From positions 51,665 through 115,664 of the forward strand of contig JAEHCO010000004.1 in NCBI GenBank assembly GCA_020697715.1: a stretch of 64,000 bases of DNA, written 5' to 3'. Positions 32,983 to 41,794 of the stretch are shown in pieces; the first letter of the stretch is position 1, and each line of letters opens with the position of its first letter. The position numbers and the translations under genes are program-made. The notes below the pieces were generated by a model. That model ran no database searches, had not been told where the DNA came from, and was given only the letters and a program-made list of their open reading frames with translations. This DNA is from Methanobacteriota archaeon (GTDB lineage: Archaea; Thermoplasmatota; Thermoplasmata; SG8-5; JAGLSY01).

Positions 32983-35829
32983 CCTGGAGAAACTGAGAAC
33001 GACAATTGCAATTATCACCACGGTCGATATCATCAGGATACCAAGGAACCAGCCAACATCCTGCGAGTCTATGTCCGAAGAGGAGCTATCGGTATCAGTC
33101 CCATCAGTGTCATCTGTTCCATCTGTATTGTTGACATCTGTCGTATTGTCAAGTGGTGGTTCACCAATGATATCACCGATAATATTGCCATTGATGACAT
33201 CCAGCCATATCGATTGAGTGCCGTTCTGATATCCTAGCATTGTCGCTTTGGCGACCACCACCACGATCTCATCCTCTTCAATATCCATATTCGCAGACAA
33301 TCTGGCAACTGCCTCGCCTTGATCATTCGTGACATTATCTATCTGAGTGATATTCGCACCTTCGGGAATGGTCTCAAAGGATACTGCACAGTTCTTCACT
33401 GGCACATCCTTATTATCCCTGGCAGTCACTGTGATATAGGTTATTCCTTCCTGGCCCTGCGTATCAACATCCTCGATGACATCGGGATCCAGCTCCATTT
33501 CCAGGTTCAGGAAGGGCGTTATTGTCTTGTATATCCCGACAATGTGAACTCGCGACCTGGCATCATCATAACCTTCCTTGCTGGCAGTGCTTATCTCGAT
33601 GAAGGAAAATAGACCTTCATCGGCCAATGGATTATCTGGATCGACATGAGGAGCAGTGAATTTCAATTTCACCTTCCCATAGGCATCGGATGTGCAATTA
33701 TACTGGTCCAGCGTCCCATTCGATACAGAGAATTGCACTTCGGCCCCTTCAAGAGTAGCTCTGGTCAGTGTACCATCATCATTCTTCGTGATGGATGTCA
33801 CAAGAACCTCCACATCCAGTTCTCCCTCGGAATACATTGACAATGCAGTATTCACGAACCTTGCATTGATGTAGCTATTCGATGGTGGTCGGAGATTGAT
33901 AATGGATCCCCAATTATAGATAGAACCCGATGATCCTGTCTGCCAGCCAGTGAATCTGTCTGCGCGGAAGACCTCGATGTTCGTTTTGAAATAAAGGACA
34001 TCATAGGGCAGGTCATAAGCGATCGCAGCCTGGGCTTCCTTGATAAGCTCTTCCCTGTATGATTCATTATCTGTTATCCTTGCCTCGTAGATCAAATTAT
34101 CAAATGTGATATTACGGTATCCGGGATAGTTATCTCCTATCTCGCCATTGCTGGAGTGGAAAAAGGAGTACATATAATCCATTGGCTGAGCACCAATCCT
34201 CCATCCTAGAATGTACATATCAAAATCTCTGGCGTCTATACGGTTCACGATCGTCCCAAAATCCAAAGCGATATGCTCCGCATAAAGGCCGATATCCTGC
34301 ATCTGACGTGCGATCATCAGTCCAGCGTGACACCTGATAGGATCATAATCCATTGGTGGAGTTAGGATCTCGATCAGACCGCCTTCACCATTACCGATCG
34401 GAGAGCCATCCGGATTGAGCCACCAGTTGTCCACTCCAGGTTCTGCTCCTGGATCGGTCAGCTTATAGCCTGCATTTGCAAGTATGTTCTTTGCCTCCTC
34501 AGGATCAAAGGCATATTTTTGTATTGAAATATTGTACATCGGATCCAGATTGCTCAATATGCCATCACCAGGTATGCCGAAATTCTGAAGAAGTCTCTGA
34601 ACAATGGTCTGCTTGTCTATACAGTGAGCTATTGTCTTCCTCAGAGGCTTGCCAACATCGGTTCCATTCTCATCATAACCGAAGGATCGTCTTGATGGCC
34701 TCATATTATATGCCATGTAGAAAAAACCTCTCTCAGCAGATTGCTTCACACCAAGGGCTGGATCATTAGCAATCTCATGAATGAAGGTCGGCGGGATAGA
34801 CCATGCAATATAATCTATTTCATTATTCTTAAGAGCCAGAACTGCCTGCTCAGCTGTTCTGTATATCTTGAATTGAATGGCCTCGATGGTGGGTTGCTTT
34901 GCAATTTCATCCGGGTCGTACAGAGGGTTCCATCCAGGCTTGTAAAAATGATCTGTGTTCTTGATTATCTTAGAATTTGAGCCAACAGTCCATGAATCAA
35001 ATTTGAACACACCACTACCGATGGGGCCCGGGTTGTCCCAGGCCATGGCCTTTGAGGAGTTCCATGCATTCGGACCTCCCTTGACATACCCGTCATCACA
35101 CCATATGAGCATATCATTAGAGGCCTGGCCAGAGACCGTCGTGCCCCATATGTGATAAGGCAGAAGGAAAGTGGACAATGTATTCTTGAAGAAATCTATG
35201 AAGGGCACCTGCAGCTCGAACTTTAGTGCGGCTTGCAATCCATCCGCACTCTCGTACACCTTCTGTATGTGCAGATAATGCGTGTCTGTGAAATTAGAGC
35301 CAGGTTCTCCACCCTCATCCATCAGACATTTGATACCAGATACCCAATGAGGCATCTGTGACTGCACATAATGAGAGAACATGACATCGCGGATGTCCAT
35401 CTGTTCCCCATCATGCCATGTCACTCCAGTAAAATCATAGAATATAGTGGCTTCAGGTCTTTCTGAATTGTTCCACGTGCCCTGTGGAGAATAGTCGAAA
35501 ATGCCTATCGTGCAATCTTCCCAGGCCATAGAACCCTGGCTTGCGGTTCCATTGGCAGAGCCAACTGCAATGTAAGGGATCAGTTCATCGGTCTCAGGAT
35601 CCGTGATCATGGGGCTTTCATAAAGATATCCAACTAAATTCCATGTCCAGACATCCCCTGCGACAAGCGGGTTGAGGGTCCTGACATCATCCTGCATAGC
35701 CACGCGCAGGGTGTATGTATCATCCTCAGCCACAGGCACCTGGCCAGTTGTCAAGCTGATAGATGAAGCTAACAGAACAATGCATACTAACATTGAGATC
35801 AAACTCGTCTTACTTCCCACATTTCTCAT
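32971..35829 (-). CDS. Peptide/nickel ABC transporter substrate-binding protein (family 5) with C-terminal Ig-like domains and TM anchor
   Basis: LNPL, TWHDG, IGSGVFK and FDPEEAKNILANAG motifs; Asp/Thr linker plus TM helix. Confidence 0.85.
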   Translation of the reverse strand: MRNVGSKTSLISMLVCIVLLASSISLTTGQVPVAEDDTYTLRVAMQDDVRTLNPLVAGDVWTWNLVGYLYESPMITDPETDELIPYIAVGSANGTASQGSMAWEDCTIGIFDYSPQGTWNNSERPEATIFYDFTGVTWHDGEQMDIRDVMFSHYVQSQMPHWVSGIKCLMDEGGEPGSNFTDTHYLHIQKVYESADGLQAALKFELQVPFIDFFKNTLSTFLLPYHIWGTTVSGQASNDMLIWCDDGYVKGGPNAWNSSKAMAWDNPGPIGSGVFKFDSWTVGSNSKIIKNTDHFYKPGWNPLYDPDEIAKQPTIEAIQFKIYRTAEQAVLALKNNEIDYIAWSIPPTFIHEIANDPALGVKQSAERGFFYMAYNMRPSRRSFGYDENGTDVGKPLRKTIAHCIDKQTIVQRLLQNFGIPGDGILSNLDPMYNISIQKYAFDPEEAKNILANAGYKLTDPGAEPGVDNWWLNPDGSPIGNGEGGLIEILTPPMDYDPIRCHAGLMIARQMQDIGLYAEHIALDFGTIVNRIDARDFDMYILGWRIGAQPMDYMYSFFHSSNGEIGDNYPGYRNITFDNLIYEARITDNESYREELIKEAQAAIAYDLPYDVLYFKTNIEVFRADRFTGWQTGSSGSIYNWGSIINLRPPSNSYINARFVNTALSMYSEGELDVEVLVTSITKNDDGTLTRATLEGAEVQFSVSNGTLDQYNCTSDAYGKVKLKFTAPHVDPDNPLADEGLFSFIEISTASKEGYDDARSRVHIVGIYKTITPFLNLEMELDPDVIEDVDTQGQEGITYITVTARDNKDVPVKNCAVSFETIPEGANITQIDNVTNDQGEAVARLSANMDIEEDEIVVVVAKATMLGYQNGTQSIWLDVINGNIIGDIIGEPPLDNTTDVNNTDGTDDTDGTDTDSSSSDIDSQDVGWFLGILMISTVVIIAIVVLSFSRSER

Positions 35830-35921
35830 AATTCCTAAAACCCTTTCGGGTTATAAAGGGTTGTTGGTACGGGCTTTTGTATAATATATAAAGAAGTTGG
35901 TACGGAGGTTTGTGAAAGGGT

Positions 35922-36482
35922 TTACGGTTTGAATTTTATCACGCACCGCTCATCGCCCTTGCCAACACACTCAGTCTCCTCTCCCTTGTAGGGGCGACCA
36001 TGCATCTCGCTGAGAAAACCTTCCAGGTATCCTAAGAAATAAGAATCGATGGCCCAGGGGCTGGCCTTGCCTTTATTCTTGTGGCACCTACCAACTGGGA
36101 AACCCTTTTCGCATGTGAATGTAATAACATCGCCCACGGTCTCCATAAACATTTCACCCCAACCGATGGCCATCGTCTCGGATACAAGATATTTGTAGAT
36201 ATTATCATGATTCTGTAGCCTCTCCACCTGTCCCTGCTCCTTCATCATCTTGTAAAAATTGATGCCATAGGGTTTTCCGATCCGCTTTAGAACACCCAAT
36301 GCGGATTCGGACATGAGGCTTTCCAGTTCCGAGTATATGTGGTAGAGAAGCTCCGCACGTGCCCAAATTATCGGCACGTCGTCATACTTCAACTCACCAG
36401 TGCTAAAATCCACACTGGTGCTTCTCTTGTACTTTTCCAGTACACTGGTCACATATTCCACGGATGGCTCTATCCTCATCAT
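35922..36482 (-). CDS. V4R-domain protein
   Basis: MAIGWG, YFLGYLEG and ETECVGKGDERC motifs. Confidence 0.8.
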   Translation of the reverse strand: MMRIEPSVEYVTSVLEKYKRSTSVDFSTGELKYDDVPIIWARAELLYHIYSELESLMSESALGVLKRIGKPYGINFYKMMKEQGQVERLQNHDNIYKYLVSETMAIGWGEMFMETVGDVITFTCEKGFPVGRCHKNKGKASPWAIDSYFLGYLEGFLSEMHGRPYKGEETECVGKGDERCVIKFKP

Positions 36483-36508
36483 TAACTCCTATGGTCCAAC
36501 TAATTTAT

Positions 36509-37339
36509 CTATTTTTCCTTGAAATCAGCTGGTCTTTTCTCGACAAAGGCCTTCATTCCTTCTTTTTGATCCTCAGTGGCAAAGAGATTGGCAAATGTGC
36601 TGGCTTCGACCTTCAATCCTGCCGCGAGGCTCAGATCAAGACCTGTGTCGATAGAGGTCTTGGCAACCTGTACCGCGAGCGGACCTTTGGCCGCTATCTT
36701 GGCAGCCATTTCCTTTGCCGCAGCCACAACTGGCTCATTGTCCTGGATCGGCTTGCCCTTCTCATTGAGCACTTTATCACCGTTCTCGTCAACCTTGAAA
36801 CCTGGCACAACTGCCTGAACAAGACCGATATCACAGGCGGTCTTGGCATTGATCATGTCACCAGTGAAGACAAGCTCCTTGGCCTTGCCCGGTCCAATTA
36901 AACGGGCAAGTCTCTGAGTTCCTCCGAATCCTGGAATGACACCCAGGCCTACCTCTGGCAGACCCATTTTGGCAGCCTCGGATGCGATCCTTATATCACA
37001 GCAAATAGCCAGTTCGGTTCCGCCTCCAAGTGCGAAACCATTGACAGCCGCAATTACGGGCACTTTCAATGCCTGGATCCTATCGAATGCACCTTGGCCA
37101 GCCTCTGCAAATTTGGCGGCTTGTTCCGGGTTCATGTCCATCATCTCGCTGATGTCCGCTCCTGCGACAAATGCCCTTCCTTCTCCTGTGATTATGACAG
37201 CAGCCAGTCCTTGCTCTGCCTCTATTTTTTGAATGGCTTGGTAAAGCTCATGCAAGACCTGCGTGTTGAGAACATTCATTGGCGGATTGTTCATCTTGAT
37301 CATACCGACATTTCCATCTCTTGTGTATTCAACAGCCAT
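36509..37339 (-). CDS. crt: Enoyl-CoA hydratase/crotonase
   Basis: FVAGADI, ALGGGTE and PEVGLGVIPGFGGTQRL motifs. Confidence 0.92.
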   Translation of the reverse strand: MAVEYTRDGNVGMIKMNNPPMNVLNTQVLHELYQAIQKIEAEQGLAAVIITGEGRAFVAGADISEMMDMNPEQAAKFAEAGQGAFDRIQALKVPVIAAVNGFALGGGTELAICCDIRIASEAAKMGLPEVGLGVIPGFGGTQRLARLIGPGKAKELVFTGDMINAKTACDIGLVQAVVPGFKVDENGDKVLNEKGKPIQDNEPVVAAAKEMAAKIAAKGPLAVQVAKTSIDTGLDLSLAAGLKVEASTFANLFATEDQKEGMKAFVEKRPADFKEK

Positions 37340-37343
37340 TTTC

Positions 37344-38198
37344 TCACCTCGAATAATCGTAGAATCCGCGACCGGATTTTCTTCCCATGAGTCCAGCATC
37401 CACCATCTTCACGAGCAGTGGGCATGGTCTGTATTTGGAATCTCCAAGACCTTCATGCAGAACTTCCATGATGTGCAGGCAGGTATCCAGACCTATCAGA
37501 TCGGCCAATGCCAGTGGTCCCATCGGGTGGTTCATTCCCAGCTTCATTATCTGGTCGATGTTCTCTGGCTCTCCAACTCCTTCCATCACACAGTACATTG
37601 CCTCGTTCAGCATTGGCAAAAGTAGGCGGTTAGCCACAAAGCCAGGGTAATCATTGCACTCCACAGGTATCTTGCCCATCTTCTCACTTGCCTGGGTAAT
37701 TGCCTGTGCAGTCTCATCATCTGTAAGGATACCACGAATGACCTCGACCAGCTTCATTAATGGAACTGGGTTCATGAAATGCATTCCGATAAATTTCTGT
37801 GGGCGGCTTGTGCAAGCTGCCAATTTTGTAATGGATATGGATGATGTATTGCTGGCCAATATAGCATGTGGCGGGCAGATACCATCCAATGTTTTGAATA
37901 TCTGGCTCTTCAATCCGAAATCCTCTATGATGGCTTCGACAACCAGGTCGACATCCGACATATCCTTAAGATCGAGGGTGGTCTTTATCCTGGCCAGTGC
38001 GCCGTCCATTACAGACTGCTCCATCTTGCCCTTCTCCACACCCTTTGCCATGGACTTGTTTATGGTCGCCATTCCGCGATCCACAAATTCCTGCTTGATA
38101 TCATTCAATACAACTTCATATCCTGCGATCGCAGCGACCTGGGCGATACCTGCGCCCATCTGGCCAGCTCCGATGACTCCTATCTTCTTTATTTCCAA
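37344..38198 (-). CDS. hbd: 3-hydroxybutyryl-CoA dehydrogenase
   Basis: [19 protein letters not shown] and NHPMGP motifs. Confidence 0.94.
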   Translation of the reverse strand: MEIKKIGVIGAGQMGAGIAQVAAIAGYEVVLNDIKQEFVDRGMATINKSMAKGVEKGKMEQSVMDGALARIKTTLDLKDMSDVDLVVEAIIEDFGLKSQIFKTLDGICPPHAILASNTSSISITKLAACTSRPQKFIGMHFMNPVPLMKLVEVIRGILTDDETAQAITQASEKMGKIPVECNDYPGFVANRLLLPMLNEAMYCVMEGVGEPENIDQIMKLGMNHPMGPLALADLIGLDTCLHIMEVLHEGLGDSKYRPCPLLVKMVDAGLMGRKSGRGFYDYSR

Positions 38199-38248
38199 TT
38201 ATATCCCTCCAATTATATATTATAAGTTTAATTATATATTATCCTTCA

Positions 38249-39427
38249 TTATCTCTCCAGTACCATCGTGACTGCATTTCCACCGCCAAGACAGATGGTG
38301 GCCAAACCGCGCTTGGCATCCCTGTCCTTCATGGCATATACCATGGTCGTCAGAACTCGTGTACCACTGGCTCCAATTGGATGACCCAGTGCGACCGCAC
38401 CTCCGTGAACATTGAACTTGTCCAGAGGTATGTCCAGTTCCTTCACAACAGCGCAAGAAGCAGATGCAAAGGCCTCATTGTGTTCCCAGATATCGATGTC
38501 ATTGACACCAAGTCCAGCCTTTTCCATCACATACCTTGTTGCTGGTATCGGAGCTTCCATCACAAGCTCCGGAATGAGACCTCTTGTTCCATAGTCCCGG
38601 ATGGTTGCCAGTGGTTTTATTCCCTTCTCATCAGCATAATCCTTGCTCATGATCACCATGGCAGATCCGCCATCACTTATCTGTGATGCATTTCCAGCGG
38701 TTACGAGGCCATCCTTTCTGAAAGCTGGCCTTAGTCGAGCCAAAGATTCCATGGTTGTCTCGGCTCTCACACCCTCATCAGTATCGAAGATGATGGGGTC
38801 GCCCTTTCTCTGCGGTATCTCAACTGGTATGATCTCATCTTTGAACTTGCCAGCTGCTATCGCAGCAGCTGCCTTTTGATTACTGGCCATCGCCATCTCA
38901 TCCGCATCTTCACGTGTGACATTGAATTTCTCTGCAACTATCTCGCCAGTATTTCCCATATGATAGTTATTGTAGATATCCCACAGGCCATCATTGACCA
39001 TGGAATCCACGATCTTGTCATCGCCAAGGCGGTATCCGTTCCTTGCTTTGTACAATAGATATGGAGCCATATCCATGTTCTCCATGCCACCTGCGACTAT
39101 GGCCTTGGCATCTCCAGCCTTAATGGCCTGTGCAGCCAGAACGACAGCTTTCATTCCAGATCCACACACTTTATTGACGGTGAATGCGCCGATCTCGACG
39201 GGCATTTCAGCGGCAATCATAGCCTGCCTGGCCGGATTCTGGCCAAGGCCTGCACCGACCACATTGCCCATTATCACTTCATCAATGTCGGTTTTTTCAA
39301 GCCCTGAGCGAGTCACTGCATCCCTTATGCAAATACCACCAAGCTCTGGTGCTCTGATGTTCTTCAACGATCCTCCGAATTTGCCTATGGCGGTCCTGAC
39401 CGCACTGGCTATAACAATATCTGTCAT
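38249..39427 (-). CDS. thl: Acetyl-CoA acetyltransferase (thiolase)
   Basis: [21 protein letters not shown] and CLGGG motifs. Confidence 0.95.
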   Translation of the reverse strand: MTDIVIASAVRTAIGKFGGSLKNIRAPELGGICIRDAVTRSGLEKTDIDEVIMGNVVGAGLGQNPARQAMIAAEMPVEIGAFTVNKVCGSGMKAVVLAAQAIKAGDAKAIVAGGMENMDMAPYLLYKARNGYRLGDDKIVDSMVNDGLWDIYNNYHMGNTGEIVAEKFNVTREDADEMAMASNQKAAAAIAAGKFKDEIIPVEIPQRKGDPIIFDTDEGVRAETTMESLARLRPAFRKDGLVTAGNASQISDGGSAMVIMSKDYADEKGIKPLATIRDYGTRGLIPELVMEAPIPATRYVMEKAGLGVNDIDIWEHNEAFASASCAVVKELDIPLDKFNVHGGAVALGHPIGASGTRVLTTMVYAMKDRDAKRGLATICLGGGNAVTMVLER

Positions 39428-39699
39428 TTACTCCCTCCTTTCTCGAATCATTCCCAAGCCATAGGTATTGGATCGGGGGTAATTCTATAGATAGTCATTA
39501 CAGATAACTGGAAAATATATAATGATTATGCGAACATTATAAAGAATAATTGGCGCAAACGATACTTTGCGCTCTCTGTATTATTATGTTAGATATATAT
39601 AATTGATTTTAATATAATATTAATTAATAAAATGACCAAAATAATAGAAACATTTATATTCTCTGATTTATATATAGGTGTTGCTCGTAAGAGTATGGA

Positions 39700-40011
39700 A
39701 TGGGATGCCATATGTGTAAATATTATTATCGCGGAGGACTGTGTGCTAACAGCTCGATCCAGAGCCCACTTTGCATGGGCGAGGGTTCTTGCCCCACCAA
39801 TGACGGGGCCAAGATGAAAGAGTTTGAACTACCGAATACAATGGTTTTAGATGAAGGATCTAAAAGTGATACGGAAAAATGGCTCGGACTCTATTGCAGC
39901 ACATACAAGAGATTTCACTGCACTGGTGAAGGCGAATGCCTCACAGGCAATTGCGCCAATGCGGATGAATACATGAGACACCTGGCAGTACGCAAGGGTG
40001 GTATGGCATGA
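39700..40011 (+). CDS. Cys-rich microprotein 1
   Basis: Downstream of TTTATATATA; C-x8-C-x9-C-x5-C module plus a partial second module. Confidence 0.6.
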   Translation: MGCHMCKYYYRGGLCANSSIQSPLCMGEGSCPTNDGAKMKEFELPNTMVLDEGSKSDTEKWLGLYCSTYKRFHCTGEGECLTGNCANADEYMRHLAVRKGGMA

Positions 40012-40241
40012 CCGAGATACAACACCACAGCCAGCAGATGACCATCGAATGTGATTATGTCGATAATGATGGAAGATGCGAGGGTCTTTACAAGGGTTTT
40101 GGATGTATCAAAGACAAGTGCCAGCAGCCTTCAAAGAGTAAACCCAATGCATGCACACATTTGCGACATGATGGATTCTGTCTCAAGCTTGGTAAACTTT
40201 CCTGCATAGGCGAAGAGAACTGTAATAGCTTCGACATGTAA
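40008..40241 (+). CDS. Cys-rich microprotein 2
   Basis: ATGA overlap with the upstream gene; two C-x8-C-x7/8-C-x4/5-C modules. Confidence 0.65.
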   Translation: MTEIQHHSQQMTIECDYVDNDGRCEGLYKGFGCIKDKCQQPSKSKPNACTHLRHDGFCLKLGKLSCIGEENCNSFDM

Positions 40242-40268
40242 TATTGAATATGCTTTATTCATTTATTC

Positions 40269-40288
40269 GAGGGGCAGGGATGCCCCTC
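40269..40288. terminator. GC-rich hairpin between convergent genes
   Basis: GAGGGGCA-GGGA-TGCCCCTC. Confidence 0.55.
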
Positions 40289-40344
40289 ACTTACATTCAT
40301 TTATTATCAATTATTATTATCAAAATTAATATCAATTATTAATA

Positions 40345-41715
40345 TCAATTAGAGCTTATTTGATATCCACAATGCGGGCAGAAGTTCAGCTTCTCTGACA
40401 TTTCCTTTTTACAGCTTGGACAGCTATGTGGTGTATTGTCATCATCATCTTCGAATGACTCTCCGCATTTGCCGCATTTCACATCATCGACATAAGCATC
40501 AGCCCCACAGCTGGTGCAGGTGAAATCTGCTTTATCCTCACCCTCAATTGGCTCACCGCATTCCCTGCATTTCGTATCAGAATCATACACATCGGCTCCG
40601 CAACTGGAACATGTGAATTCGGCCTTTTCCTCAACAGGGTCAGCATCGACGATTATTATATCTTGATCATCATCAGATATTTCGACTTTTTCCTCATCAT
40701 CATCATCAAAGGATTCACCACATTTAGGACATTTATCGTCACTGTCCTTCACATCAGCCCCGCATTTCGTGCAGGAGAACATGGCATCCGGTGTTTTTGC
40801 CAGAGGTTTATCATCATCCACATCCAGGTTCCATTTGCTTCTCTGCTCCTTTGCCTTGTTCACCCACCAATAAAGTAAAACAACTATGAAGAAGAGCATA
40901 CCAGTATTACAAAAGGTGTTCATCGCTCCTACACCAGCATATGTACCATAAAGGCTGGACTCTTCACCAACAAGAGGACCGCGAACAAAAGTGCTGTTTA
41001 TGCTGTACACCTCATTTCCAGTCTCGAACACCATGCAATACCAGTGATGATAAATAGCATTCGTATCGATATCCACGATCGCCCGGAATTCCTTTCCATC
41101 CGAGTAATTAAGATCTGTAATATCAACAGGCCCCATAGTGACCTCCTGTGAGTCCCACCATAGCTCTCTGGCATATGACACTCTTATGTCTGCAGGTTCC
41201 AGGTAAGCATCATCAGTAGATGGTGAATTGGAATATACCGTTACAAGGAAGGTATATGAATTAGTTCCAAGACCTTTATAGGGATCTACCGCGCCCTCTC
41301 CTATGGAATACCAATATGGAGAGTCAAGCGGAGAATATCTTCCATCTTCGCCCAGTTCTTCAGAAGAGCTATCATCCCAATCCCAAACCAATTCAGAATA
41401 GCCGTAGCCAGGCTCTTCCAGTTGATAGGTCTCATGAAGCACCACGACATAGACAACTGATCCAACTATCAGGAATATGGCTATGCCGAATACCATGAGA
41501 TACTTGATGTCCCGTATCCCGAACACGAAGAAGATCGAAAAAGTGGAAATAACAGTGAGTATGAGTATCGCAAAGGGCGCTATGGCACTTTGACCCAGAT
41601 CGGTCAGGAATACCAGGGAAAGTAGGAACATATCCAGCACAAGGGCTATTAAGACACCTATTGGCATGGAATATTTCATCTTACTGAATTTATCAAGCTG
41701 AGGTGGAAGCTCCAT
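40345..41715 (-). CDS. Membrane protein with extracellular domain and four C-terminal zinc-ribbon repeats
   Basis: N-terminal TMs; (F/H)xCxxC...CxxCG repeated four times in an acidic tail. Confidence 0.8.
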   Translation of the reverse strand: MELPPQLDKFSKMKYSMPIGVLIALVLDMFLLSLVFLTDLGQSAIAPFAILILTVISTFSIFFVFGIRDIKYLMVFGIAIFLIVGSVVYVVVLHETYQLEEPGYGYSELVWDWDDSSSEELGEDGRYSPLDSPYWYSIGEGAVDPYKGLGTNSYTFLVTVYSNSPSTDDAYLEPADIRVSYARELWWDSQEVTMGPVDITDLNYSDGKEFRAIVDIDTNAIYHHWYCMVFETGNEVYSINSTFVRGPLVGEESSLYGTYAGVGAMNTFCNTGMLFFIVVLLYWWVNKAKEQRSKWNLDVDDDKPLAKTPDAMFSCTKCGADVKDSDDKCPKCGESFDDDDEEKVEISDDDQDIIIVDADPVEEKAEFTCSSCGADVYDSDTKCRECGEPIEGEDKADFTCTSCGADAYVDDVKCGKCGESFEDDDDNTPHSCPSCKKEMSEKLNFCPHCGYQISSN

Positions 41716-41794
41716 AAGACCCTCGATACACTGCTTATAGATAAGAATTATGGGTGATCTAGCATCATACTTACAAAGCACCGATCCAGAGACA

